Positions 12,341-25,743 of a DNA stretch of 64,000 nt are shown here, one piece after another. The stretch is from Styela clava (Eukaryota), in contig NC_135251.1 of assembly GCF_964204865.1 (NCBI RefSeq), forward strand, positions 26,908,001 to 26,972,000. The letters are read 5' to 3'. The translations under genes were made by a program, and so were the position numbers. The notes beneath the pieces are model-generated. The model did no database searches, was not told the origin of the DNA, and was given only the letters and a program-made list of their open reading frames with translations. The stretch's first letter is position 1. Each line of letters begins with the position of its first letter.

Positions 12341-14704
12341 CTACTTCTTTGTCTGCTTTACTTCTATTGGGTAATATGGAAAAATGATGGTTTTGTTTTT
12401 GTATTTCCAGACCATTCTTGTCCCGACTATTTTCCAAAAAGTAGAATTCTTCTCTGTTGCTGAATAGTAAAGATCGCCACTTTTCTCTGGGGCGACTACG
12501 TATCCATTATTAGATTTGCATTTTAAGCTCATTACACTTCCAATCCGATGCACTGTAAAATCCCTGAAAACAAATGAATATGGTTTAAAAATAAAATTAC
12601 GAAAGTTTCCTTCATCACTACCAGACTTTCCTATAGGCAGGAAAACACCTAACTAGCGTAATACATATTTGGAATTTTGAGGGTGAAACGAATTCGGCAC
12701 CTACACGAACATGATTGATGCAGTAACGTCAAGCCTTGCTTGAAAATGAAGAAATCGTCATATTGCAAACCTACTGGGTTATAGTTGATTGGGCACTGAT
12801 AGACGCGAAAGTGCTTTTTTTAAGTTTGTACTGCAATTATCATATTAATTAGTTTCTCGGGACGTGAAAGAAGGCACTTCGCCGTTTACTTCCCGATGGG
12901 CGACAGACCGGGCAGGAGTTTTGAGTTGAGTTTTGTCTGTTTATGCCAGCCAGGATATATTTTAGAGCTTTTCAATTAGGGTCACAGTGAATATAGACGT
13001 GATATTTTGTCGATTAGAGTGACATTCAAGTAAGAAATGAATGGCTTTTGACATATAGACCTGAGTTCATTGCATCAATTCTTTTGTATACATTAATTCG
13101 CTTCAATATTATACAAATTTTAATTACAAAATTAGCCGCTTTGCCTGGTTTAGATCACAGAGAAAGCAGTGCTTTGTCTAGAAAGCACTTTTTATCTCGC
13201 AGTTGATGAATGATACTTACGCTGGGGCTGATCCAAACAATAGTTGACTGTTTGCATAAAAATTTCCGGCTGAAAATTCACAACTCAGATCACTGTCAGG
13301 GCTGAGCTGCCATTCCTGCAAAGTGCTGGTTTGTTGGACTTGGATTGGTGCGTTCATTCGTGCATCTTGGCACACCCATTTATTTGAAATGGTATCATTT
13401 TCAATTTCAACAAAATAGGAAGACAGCACACTGTAAAAATATGTAAATTAATATTTAATATTCAAATTAATATTTACTGGGAATATTATGAGAATTCGTT
13501 TATTCAGCAAGCATTTCCGTGCTGCACGTTATCAATATTCTTGATTATATCAACTTTCAAAAAGTAAATGACGTACGCTGTAATATCTTCGAAAGAAGGT
13601 GTAATGAACCATTCCATATCATCAGTAGGATTTTCAGATGTTGTCATTTCTAACTTTTCTCCGCTGTTACGTAAGTATCTATCACGTGAATTTTGAGCCC
13701 GCAGAAACATCCCAAAGTTTGGTTGAGGTAGCATATAAAAAAATCTACAAAATATGTAAAGTTACAATGTAAGTAATTTTCTGCAATATGTTGAGTCAAC
13801 CTGAATTAGTATAAAACAGACATCTCGAGACTAAATCCCTTTGTTTGAATTAATTAAAGCACGGTTTGTAAGAAATGCAATTGGGTGAAATGATTTTTTT
13901 TTAACTCGGAAGCACGCTACTTGGAACTACAAGTTCAATAGATGCTGGACACTTTTTGTTTTTGTTTTCTCATAAATATTAATTATTTAGAGTATGTTAA
14001 TGTCAGACAATTGTTTTTACCTACGGAGAGTTGCCTAAATTTTAGAGGATAAAATTTGCGGTACAAGACTACCATGGGATCCATGTGTTGAGTTTTCTGA
14101 AGTATTAAAAGTATCAATATACTTGAATAGGGAAGTAGAATATGTGAATTAATGATTAAAATTGTCAAAATTTTGAATGAAAATGGCAATAAATCTGAAA
14201 TATTCATCGGCTAGGCAAAAATGAACTCACACGGTAAACCTAACTGGAGTTTTTGAGTGAAGATTATACTCATGTTCTCAACGATTATACTAGCCAGTCA
14301 GTTTGACTCTCAATTGCGTAAGGCATAAATGAAATGTTTATAATTCCTAGTTTATAACTAAAAAGTGTCAATACATTTATGAATCTAAATTTGCTTTACC
14401 TTCCTTTTCCGTTGTTCTGCGTGATGTCATCTAACTCTTCTAGAGTAACGTCATCGCTGTTGAAGCTATATGTGACGTACATCTTTTTTCCGTCATCTAA
14501 TAAAATGTAAAAACTCCACAAGGCTTCATTATTTAATCTCTCAAGCCCCCAACCTTCCGTTACGCTGGGATTTAGTTGTACAGGTATATTGTCATGCAAG
14601 GATCTGTTTTGTGATATCCATTTTCTTCCGTCTCTGTCACCTATTTCAAACTTGAAGTTGATCGGATCGTTATCATTTGTTATCCCTGCACAATGTGATT
14701 GCAT
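12341..14704 (-). CDS. Double beta-trefoil-like protein, paralogue 3, 301 aa; exons 14704-14400, 13744-13577, 13430-13221, 12563-12341
   Basis: GT-AG phase-2 introns (gtaaag, gtacgt, gtaagt); 906 nt open when spliced. Confidence 0.85.
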
Positions 14705-14919
14705 AATCACAATATTCTTTACACAGATGTAGCTACAGATTATGATTTCTGATCACATATTTAGAATATATATATAGAGTATATTTGTGTCTCACAAAAG
14801 GTCATATAAAAATAATCATACTAAGCACAAATTTTAACTGTTCTTAGAGAGCCTCTATGATGTATGTTGCTTTGTACGACATTAACCCATGTACTAGTGA
14901 TTTTATCATTCATTTGAAA

Positions 14920-15359
14920 CAGGGGTTTGCAAACCCCCAGGGGTTCACGAGAAGATTTCCAGGGGTACTTGGATGGAAGTCGAGTTTTTGTGTGTGTGTG
15001 TGTGTGTGTGGTTTGTTTCTCAATATCCTTCAACAAGGAAAACTAAGTAACTACAAGATGAAAATGCATGCCAATTAACACTCAGCTTAGATTTTTCCTG
15101 ATCTAACGCTGTTGTGTTTATGACGCAACAATGTGAACTTGAGAGAGATACCAAGAATTCATTAGTTAGGGGGAGGACAAAGACAATAACATCAACATGA
15201 CTATTTAATTAAGTTACAGCAGTTGGTCAATGAATTGCCGTTGCAACAAATTATCAGTCAATACATCACAACTTTGTTTGGTGTCTGATTACTGGGGGTT
15301 CGCGTTGATTGCTTCGTGACTCGGGGGGTACTTAACAGAAAGAAGGTTGAAAACCCCTG
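14920..15359. mobile_element. hAT (Charlie-like) MITE containing a (TG)n tract
   Basis: TIR CAGGGGTTTGCAAACC / GGTTGAAAACCCCTG; TSD ATTTGAAA / ATTTAAAA; empty sites in paralogous units near 6264 and 28676. Confidence 0.85.
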
Positions 15360-15862
15360 ATTTAAAAGATCAAACGAACTTTGAAAATGGTCAATTTCTC
15401 ATAACGATTGCGATCGACTGATCGGTAATAAGGTTCTACACAAAAACGAATGAGCACTAAATGTGCTAATAACTGCACACACGCATACACAAAATTTCAC
15501 CGCTGCCAATAAGAACTTTGTGGGTACATTATTATTAAAATCGACAAAGGGCGTGCCTAATTTTTAGTCGATAGTGTTGAAAATTCTTCAAGAAACCTTG
15601 CCAGTTATTATCCAAACAACGAAAAAGAAATATTCTCAAACCATGAATGTTACATAACTGTCCAAACCTCAGTATTTAAGTTACAATTTTCTCCAAACGC
15701 GATTCTTCGCTTGCTTAGAATTAGAACAAGTTGGGCATTTTATGTCACTGCTACCATTGCGAATAAAATTCATCACACTACTCTTGGAGTGAGACAATAA
15801 CTTTCGCATACTGCATACTGCGTAAGTTATTGTAGGATCGTTTGTCAGTCTAGAGTCTAGAC

Positions 15863-16380
15863 CAGTGTTCTTCAACCTTTTTTATTGTGGTATACCTTTT
15901 ACAATTTTTCAAGGGCTTTGTATACCTCACAAATACCCATGTTTATTTAATAAGGCTTAAAAAGACATTGAATTTCAAGCACATATTGTACTGCAACATC
16001 ATCATGCAATCTAATAGGCTAGTGTCCGCAAGTTATAAATTTGACTGACGGCCTCATCGTTAACTGGAATAATGTTCAACATAAATCAAACTAAGTACAC
16101 GGCAGCCGAAATCACCAACCCAGTCACGTGACCGCATTATCTATATAATTTGTGATGTAACAATGTACTCACGTCGGTTCTTTGCGTAATGTCATTTTAT
16201 ATTTCATTTGCGCAGCGTTTGCATTGTTGTCTTCACTTGAATATTTTATAATTTATTATATCATAATTTAGAATCCCCAACTTAGGCTGTACACCCTTCG
16301 TATACGCTTTATCAGTTGTATACCCAAATTATTGTTCGGTATACACTTGGGTATACCGTATACCCGGTTGAAGAGCACTG
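15863..16380. mobile_element. hAT (Charlie-like) MITE
   Basis: TIR CAGTGTTCTTCAACC / GGTTGAAGAGCACTG; TSD GTCTAGAC at 15855-15862 and 16381-16388; empty site at 6870-6877. Confidence 0.9.
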
Positions 16381-19349
16381 GTCTAGACCCGCGATATCCG
16401 GCACGTCATTTTTAAACCTTGCCGGAGGAAAAACTGGCATTTGTTACGTCATAATATGCTTTATCGGGCTCGCCCAGACTCAAATACAGTGTATGTGTAT
16501 ATTCTATATTGTATTTTGCGCATGTAAAGTACAGTATTCTTCCTGTTGTAAAGCACACAACTGGTTTGGGGCAATTTTGGGGGGTATTTCAATAAAATTC
16601 ACTCAACATCAGACGCGATCGACTGCTCGAGACCTGGCGTGTTAGCCACCCCTGCTATCCATCAAATAATAAATTCAATTTAGAAATACATATATTAAAC
16701 TGGAATGATTTCGTTGCGAAAGTTTCGAATCATTCGCCTGAAAGATATATATATATATATGTTACAAATTCAATTCGAAAGCTTAAATCTTGGAATAGTT
16801 CTAAAAAATCTTCATCGCTGATGGTCAAACATTTAGACTAAAATCTACGTTTACACATATAAGCTATGCTATACTTCGTCTGAGGATGCAAGCAAATTGA
16901 ATGTGAAAGGAATCTTTATTCTAAGTGAGGTAGCCTCGCCTTATTTGTAGGTAATGAAGATTTATGAATACAACATCAGAAATATTCACAAGTCACTGTA
17001 TTAAAAACTGACGCTTCACCGCGAGTTAAAACAAGATTGCTCCCTAGATCGAAATAATCAGGTGAATGGGGCCTAAGTACAGATATCAGTATGCTGCGCA
17101 GTTTCTTGGGTTTTGAAATTCCATCGTCAAAATCAAGCGCCTCGTGTTCACTGAATGCAAAAGTTACCAACTGTCAAACTACATGTTCACGATCAAGCCC
17201 TATTGCAATTAGCCTGCTGCAAATATTTTGAATTAGCTGTAATCTTCATCTATCTCGATGGTTATCATATTTTCATTTACCGGCACCCTTTTACAGCACT
17301 CTATATATTATCATCAATCCCCAGTAATGAACAAAATAATGAACTCATAAACGAATTCATAATAAATCCCATTAAAAACGAGTAGACGAATCATACATAG
17401 ATCGTGGAGTTTCAAATGAGACAAGCGAGCTTGAGATCTTGAACCAAATTTTGAATTTTTGGAGATTTTTTTGTCCGAAACGGTCTCAAATCACCCCGTT
17501 TGCTGTAAGAAAGGCGTTTTCTTTGTTTCGATAGTAATTGCGTCGCGGATAAAAATCTACTAAATAAGATGCGGGAACTGAAATAATCCATGGTTCTACT
17601 TTAAAATGAGAGGTTTTGCCAAATGATTTGCACACAAATATATCACTTACTGTATATCTTTTGCAAAATTCATTCTGGTTTCGCCGAAATTCTAAAGTTT
17701 CAGAAATGCGCTACCGCCCTCGCGGGTTTCGCTCCCCAATTTGCCTCTTTCTTCGCCCAGGGAGCAATTTCATATCTGGAAACAGAACTATCAACATCAT
17801 TAGGTTGTGAAACATAACAAGATGTTTTTTCGTCATTGGAAACAGTCGTAAAAGATAATATTACATCGTGTAAATATGCAATTATCCCGTCTCGACTCTA
17901 TTCTATTCATTGCCCAAAAAATATACTCTTTAGGGACTCAACCTGCACGCGAATGAATCGCGTGACAATTGTCATACGTTCGAAAAAAAGTGAGGAGGAG
18001 TAATGTGCAAAAGATAATATTATTTAACGGAAATATGCAACTATATCCTGTCTCGACTCTATTCTATTTATTGCCCACAATATATAATCATCTTTATGGA
18101 ATCAACCTGCACGCGAATGAATCGCGTTACAATTGTCATATACTCGAAGAATAAGCTAGGAGCTATTTCGGCTTAATTGTTTCATGTATATAAATCACAA
18201 CATTGTAGTACCAATGAGCATCACAACGATGAAATATTGTTTATACTTTAGTTGATTCAAATAGTAGTTTTTTCACTTCCTGCATATTGGATATTTTGCG
18301 ATTGCGCTATCCAGTAATTGCAAGTTTTTACTAGTTTATAAAATAAATGAGTAAATATATAATTACCCACGTATAGAACGTTGAAATAATAAATTTAATG
18401 CTGTAATGTGTAAGCGTAAACCTTCCAATGAAGTAACTTTGAACAATGAACCTCTAAATTGAATATATAACAACAGAGAAACGATGAAATTTATGGACAC
18501 AAACGCCAATGAATCAGACTGATACATTTGTTTTTATGTACTTTCATAGGTACTCTGGCCTTCAAAGACGCAGGGGGGGGGGGGACGATATTTATAAAAT
18601 GAATGAAAATGAGATTTTATCCTAAATAAAGAAATAAATTGAAAATGTGAAAGCATATATATAACACGTCAATATAAAGAAAAAGTACGGCTTATCTAAC
18701 TGAGCCATCCCCTCAAAGAAATATAAAAAATGCATAAAAAATGACAAATATAAAATTGTAGCGAAGGGCTGGCAAACTCGGCGATGGGTTCTGAACAAAG
18801 AAATGTAACTGAAATATAATTACCGCTTGCCTTTTCCTATCAACCTGGGAGAAATTCTGAAACAATGATAGTTTCGATAGGAAAAATTTGATCAAATTAT
18901 TAGATTAAATTGGAAATGATCAAACTGATAAATCTCCGCAGAAAGGTGTTGCAATAACTGCAAATTAAAATTGAGATAACTAGGACAAGCGGTATACACT
19001 AATAAATATATGGCATATATGTGGTCCCAAGCTCATCGCCGTAAGTTTGTGGAGGCATGTGGTGGAGAAAGAATGAAATACAAACAAACCAATTTGGGCC
19101 GCTGGATCAGTGGACTTTATTTTATTTATTTTTATATATATATTCATTATTATATAAAACACAGTTGATCGATACCTCTACAATAACTACAACATTATTA
19201 ATCACTAATCATAGAAAGTACATAACCGCAATTCATCATATAAAATAATCAATTAATGTGCATACATCATAAAATTTTCCATTTTTATCATATTACTTTA
19301 TTTTACCATTTTTATATGCAATGAACCGTTCAATTTCCCTTACTTCATA

Positions 19350-20195
19350 CAGGATGGAAGTGCTTAACCAATACTGTTTTCAAGCAATGCTTGAAGGAAA
19401 ATTGAGCTCAAATTCATATGTTCTAAACTAAAGCATTTACATTTAACATTCATTCGAAATGTATTTAAAAACTGGTATTTCTGTAAAATGTGCTTTTTGA
19501 TTGGAAAATGTCAACTTTTGATCAACCTATATGGTACAAAAAAAGTATTTCTTATGCCAGAAAACAATTTTTTATCAAATCTTGGTATGAACATGGTATA
19601 AAAGCAGTAAGACACTTAGCAAATGTGGGTAGTTTGTTTACTTATAGAGAGTTGACTAAAAAATATGGCATGCAATATAGTGATGAAGAGTATGTAAATT
19701 ATTATCGCATCACTGGAGTTTTACCTGATGATTGGTTATGCAATATTGGAAACTGTATTTATTCTAGTGTATTGAGTGACCCTGAAGAGAACATATATCA
19801 TTTTATTTCTGAAACATTTGAATCAGGAAAAGGGAATAAAAGTAAATATGAAAAGTTGAACCTGATCAAATTTATATCCCCTGATGAATCGAGAAAAAAT
19901 GGGCAAATCTGATTTTTTTAGAGAGTGATTTTAGTTGGAATAAATTGTATATGGATATCCTTTATTGTACTATTGAAACTAAATTGCAAGATGTTCCATG
20001 GTGCCATAGTACTAAACGATAGATGGCATAAATTTAAACTTGTTTCATCAGAGTTATGTAAATTCTGTCATTCTAACGTTGAAAATCCTAACCATTTTTT
20101 CTATGACTGTATAGTTGTGCTACAGTATTGGGAATCTCTGAACATGTGGATATATTCAAAAACTGGGATCAATTTTAACTTTTCAGTGGACTTCA
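19350..20195 (+). mobile_element. Decayed L1/Tx1-like LINE, 3' part of ORF2
   Basis: Broken ORFs with PIWY...FFIKSWYEHGIKAVRHL and a zf-RVT-like CCHC motif, CKFCHSNVENPNHFFYDC...YW. Confidence 0.75.
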
Positions 20196-22445
20196 TTTAA
20201 TGAGCGAAGGGCTCAAACGACTCAGGGAAACCACTAGTGGGAATCAACCGGCCGGGCCAATATAATTACGAAACACTCACGCGAACTCGCAAACACATCA
20301 ATACAAGCCAAAGAGGAAGAATAAGATAAGACAAAGTAGAATGAAGTGTCAAGAAAGAGAGCGACGTCAGAAGTCCGCACCAGGCCCTCCCGATGCAATG
20401 GGAAACCCCGGGTGGAGTCCCTAACGCAGTTACGGGAGACCGCCGTAGCGGCACCCCCGGCCACACTCAACGCACGAATAGCTGTCTGGTTCCCCGCGGC
20501 ATAACTGCCAAGGGAACCAACCACAAATGCGTGGAACTCCACCATCTTGCCAGTGACAAGACCAATGGAGCAACATAACTCTTCATACTTTGAGTGCTTC
20601 TGTCGGGCCGCATCATCTATGTCACCCTCATCGTTGTCAAATGGGCACACAACATCGAGAACTACGACCCGAGATGTACCGATTTCCTTAGAAATCAAGT
20701 CGGGCCACAGCATCTAGCTGTTCTCGCGATGCGCTCTCGACGAACTACGTTGACATCGCGTTTAGAAAACCTAGCTGGAGGTAGGTGAGCCAAGATCTTC
20801 TCCTGCACTGAATCATGCTTCACCTTGATAGTATTTATCATCGGGCGTCATTGATTCAGCACATGGAGAAGAGTCTCGTTTGCGTAACCACATTTACTAC
20901 AAGTCGCCCATGGTTCCGCATATTCCGGTAACCACCTGCGAATGGACCGCAGCGGCAGAAGATTTAATCGAGCTTTCAAAACCTACGAAATCTCGAACTG
21001 TGCGAGAGAGGCAGAAGCGGACAGAAAATGGTTTAAGCAACTAAACCGGGAATGACAGGAAACTGTCTTTCCTTAGTCCCACAGTTCGTCCACCGACTCA
21101 ACCAACGGGTGTTGGACACATGGTGCAACACCCGAGTTATTTTCTTGCCTCTCTCGATCGGGAAATTGTTAGTGGTTATCGTAAAACTCCCTTCCGAGGG
21201 GATACCCCAGCAAAGGCCGATACGGCGACTCATAGGGCGCAGTTGGCCCCAAAGATCACCAAACAGGCCGATGCGTCGCCCATCTGGCTCAGAGGAGTTT
21301 TCACAATTGAGAAAGACAATTTTCAGAGCCCGTGTCGTCTCCGGGACTCGGTAAAGCTTTGGCAAAATCTCGTCCAGCTTCACGTGCAACATTTGAGACG
21401 CCCAGACCCCCGGCTGCAGCCGTGGAGTGGAAAAACGGCTGACAGCTCCAGTCTGGTAACCACAAAATGGTTCTTATCAGACGGCGGATGCTAACATTTA
21501 GCCACTCGAGATCGCGCCCACGGAAATACCAAATTCGTAGTTAGAAGAAGAGTCTTGGTAGAACAAACCTCTTCAGCACCAACAGCTGTTGGAACCGAGC
21601 GATATCAGAAGATCCTCCAAATATAGATTAAAATTTAATTCAAAACATCACTCTGTCCGACGATCCGGTACCCCATGCTCTTGTCGACTTATCTCCAGAA
21701 GTCATCCCGGCTGAGAACAGCAACCTTGCCATTATTGAGATAGAAAATCTCACTGCCCCTGACCATCGTGCCTTCCGAAGGAACCAAGGTAGGAAAACGG
21801 CATTTGGTTGAATGGTTTGAATTGCATTCCGGACCATCGCGCAAACTCTTCACGTATTGAGAGTTGCACCTCCAGCTGTTGTTGCGACGACGCACACAGA
21901 GCAGAACCCTATGCGTAGCCCTGGCCGTTGATGGTCACATCCGGCGCACATCGCAATTGGTAACTGACGTCCGACAAACCTTTGACCCCCCGGGAGAACT
22001 TCCATCACCATGTAAAAACTGATTGCCAAGCGAGACCATTCTTGATGGACTCTCCTACAAGATGGAATAGGGGACATGTCGCCATCGATAGTTTGAATGG
22101 TGAACACATTATCCCTGTAAACGTCAACATCCATTTCCAACATAAGGTTGCAGGACTCCGAGAATGGCACCATGCCCTCCCGACCCAAAAGCAGTACGCT
22201 AATGTTTTCTGGCATCCGCAGTGATCGAATCAAGCATGAAAACATGCTCGAAGACGCGTTCGAAAGAAACGAAGCCCTTCTGTTCTGGAGAAATCACCTT
22301 TTTCCTAGCTGCCCAAGACTCAAGACGACGAGCAATCACGGCTGCATAGATTTTATACAGCGTGAGGCAGATCGCAATGGGTCTCCAGTTCCCGACGCCA
22401 TTTATATTGTCCTTCAGGTCCTTAGGAATAAGGGTTATCCTAGAG

Positions 22446-23275
22446 CAGGGGTCGGCAAACTGCCGTCCGCGGGCCAAATGCGCCCTCGAACGACCCGACT
22501 TTTAATGCATAAAACAAAGTTGATATTAAATCTATTATTGTCTCAATTAGGATTTATAGGTTGTGAGTATAACTTAAGTCTATAATAATTTTTAATATTT
22601 AAATGTTTGGGAAACGGAGGGGAATTTGCGAAAAGGGTCGAACATTCCAAAGTGCTTGAAGGGAAAAATATTTTTCATTCTTACGCATTTCAAAACCAGT
22701 TTGCTTGATATGCCAAATCAGCATCGTTGTTATTAAGGGGTTTAATGTTAATTATCATTATGAAACGTGTCTTCGACAATACGAAATTTACGACGTACCG
22801 CGGGACAACAAAGTTGGCATTTGATTTTGACGGTGACCGTACATTTGAACCCACGTACATTTGAATCCATGCGTACATCCACGGGTTCAATCTATATGCG
22901 GGTTCTAAAACCCATGGGTTAGGGTTAGTATGGGTTTAACTATCCGTGAAAATCCGTGAAAAAAAAATTCCATAGGTGCAATAGCATACAGGTGCAATTG
23001 TCATGGGTTCAAATGTACGTGGGTTCAAATGTAATGGAACCGATTTTGACGCTTCGGCCATGACACAGAAACAACACCATCCTTCACATTGATAGTAAGT
23101 GAATAAGAACAATGTATTGCTTGATAATATATTGAAAAAGGCCACATACACGTCCAATTGTGGCAGGCTTTCACACAGTAATAGAAGTACAAGTGCCCCA
23201 TGATTTTGAAGTTCAATGTTCGCAAGCGGGATGTTTATAGTTGGCCTGCGAGTACATAAAGTTTGCCGATTCCTG
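22446..23275. mobile_element. hAT (Charlie-like) MITE inserted in the RT region of the RLE element
   Basis: TIR CAGGGGTCGGCAAAC / GTTTGCCGATTCCTG; TSD TCCTAGAG at 22438-22445 and 23276-23283. Confidence 0.9.
22832..23041. mobile_element. Mutator-like foldback MITE nested in the hAT MITE
   Basis: Long TIRs (TACATTTGAACCCACGTACATTTGAA); GG...CC ends; 9-bp TSD GATTTTGAC; internal GGGTTAGGGTTAG. Confidence 0.85.
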
Positions 23276-24734
23276 TCCTAGAGGAACGACCTGAACTTAA
23301 AATACGTCGAGAACTTCTGCAGATTTCGAAGAGCTTGAAGAGAATTTCACCTCGTTGATCAATTTTTCTCCAAAATCCATAGGTGAACCATATGGTTCCG
23401 GACCCCCTCTGGTCCCGGGGAAGTGCCGATTAAAATCGATAAGTAAAAACGGTGCAATAACGCCGTCTTCGCGTTCTGAATATTCAAGCTGGGATTACCG
23501 TGTTTGATATCTGCCGCAAACGCGTTTGCGGGCTCTTTGCGAGAAAACACAAATACTGTATAATCATGCGAGACAGATTTATCACGCGTACCGAACCGGC
23601 CGTGAGCTAACTATATTCAGTAAACTATGCTCGGTGCGGGTTCAGTTGATCGTCGTCATGTTTTGTATTTATGCTTCCAAGCATACTTCATGCGGCTTCT
23701 TGTTTTTGGCCTGTTTTATCGTGTATGTTGGTACTCAGTGCTCCTGATATGAATGCAAAAAGAACTGACGAAGAAATAGCGAAGGAGATGATGATAATGA
23801 AAGCGAGCAAAAATGAATATATCAAGGGACATTTCATAATTATGCAGCTATAGGTACAAAATCAGTGTTTATAGGACTGTCAGTGTGTTGTTTGACAGTT
23901 TGGGACCTTGTCTGTTCGGAGTTTGTTCCATGTAGTCTACATGCTGACATATAACATAGCTAGCCTATACAGGAATTGAGGCTCGTGTATTGTAATGGTA
24001 TGCAGTGAAAAGTGCGAAAACTCAATAACTTCAAACATAGAAATAGCCTATGTGTACCCAGATCGGCAAAAAAAAAGTCATGTCACATATTTTAATGAAG
24101 GGATTTTATTTTCAAAATATGGCATTCTGAAATGCATATCATTATAGTAATCATATAGCGGAGTTAATGACTTCATACCTAAATTTTTTACAGATAGGAA
24201 GTATACTTGTCTGTAGGTTCTGTTAAGTGTCATTAATGTCAAATTGCTGATTTCCACAAATGGTATTACAGTATACAACCAACTGTATACCCGCACATCA
24301 TTGATTCACCAACAAAGTTTAAGCATTAAATTACAGCATTTGAAAGCGATAAAAAATGACTTGACTTGATTTGACCCAGCTAAATAGTGATGCTTCTGCA
24401 ATGTAGTATAATTTAGAAGATAAGTGCTAAGTTTTGTATTTCATCGGAATGGCCAACACTGTATACTTATCTATTCAGAATAAGCTCTGAAAGAATATTT
24501 TAAATGTGGAATATATATATTCCAAACTGTAAACAAATTGGTGCTTGGTTGGTGCCAAATTTAGGGCTCAAAATCAACAATTTTCAAATTAAATCATTTG
24601 AAAATTTTCCTAATCAAAGAAACTACTATATCGAATATAATAAACCTCTAATATGTTTGAACATTCAATTTGTTTTGTAATCGAATTTAGTCGATTTTGG
24701 CACGCAAATCGAAAAAGGTTGCCTACCCCTCCCG

Positions 24735-24890
24735 CAGGGTGTAACAGATCGTATCAAAGAGGTCAGGTTCATAATATTTCAAGCTCTTAAGGACCATGTT
24801 ACAACATTAACACCGTTTATTTGGAAAGCTATTGTTGCAATTGATCGAGCTGTTGACATTGATATAAGTCATACAAAATCTGGCCCCCTA
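24735..24890 (-). pseudogene. Small remnant of a paralogue-1-type gene (start of intron 1 and end of exon A)
   Basis: Matches ~1690-1840 and ~10295-10458, then jumps by deletion to the sequence equivalent to ~2645. Confidence 0.65.
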
Positions 24891-25743
24891 GATAAAAGAG
24901 ACCACTTTTTCTTTTATTGCTTGTTCGTCGATCTTTTCAGCAAACCCAGTGATAAGTGATATCAGTGCTGATGCGTGTTTTTCTTGGTCGTTTATATTTG
25001 AGCATTATTTCCGCCATATCGTTAACTATTCAAAGGCAATTTTTGTTTTCATCACAAGTTCGAAACAATGTTCTACTATCAATAAGACACTGGCAATGCG
25101 CCTGTGTTGTGTTTTTTATATGAGATATGATAATATATAATTGACAATTCTACAAATAGCCACAGATGAAGATTTTGAAAGCACTTGACAAAGATAATTG
25201 CCATATATATATGCTGATGCCATTGCTGAAGCTATATTTCCATCAATATCAGCACTATACCCTCCATATCTGCGTGAACACACTTCTAGAACCTCAAACA
25301 TACCAATAACATACTAAGATGTAACAATAGGACACACGTTTGAGGGGTTTATCTCTCATTTACAGGGTGACCCCAGAAACAACTTATCAATACACTATGT
25401 ACCAATACCTAAAGTTGTGGAATCGGTCGTCAAATTGTTCATATTTTCAATAAAACTATTTGGATTAGTTGCATTATTTTTTCATATAGCTTCAATTTTG
25501 TATTTTATGCAATGTAAAATCACATTAAATTATGACTTCGCACTTTTTGTCATTAAATTCCATTGAAACAATGCGCTATAACAATCAAGTGTTGTTTCTT
25601 GTTTGGACAATGGCTGGCAATATAGACTGCCGCTACACGATTACTAAGTACGTCACGATGGCAAGTTCTGAATTTGTTTTTGAAACAGGGTAATTTTATA
25701 TTTTTTAAACTAAAAATAAAACAGTTTTAATTGATGAGTTCAT

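Larger units (their letters stand above)
20196..23560 (-). mobile_element. Decayed non-LTR retrotransposon with restriction-like endonuclease (NeSL/Utopia/R2-group)
   Basis: RT motifs TSPGPEG and WRPIAICLTLYKIYAAVIARRL...EQKGF; degenerate YADD (GYA*GS near 21910); zinc knuckle CSKCGYANETLLHVL; RLE motif PDL...LDVVCPFD...K.SKY..L...FVVGSLG. Many frameshifts. The 5' limit is approximate. Confidence 0.85.
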
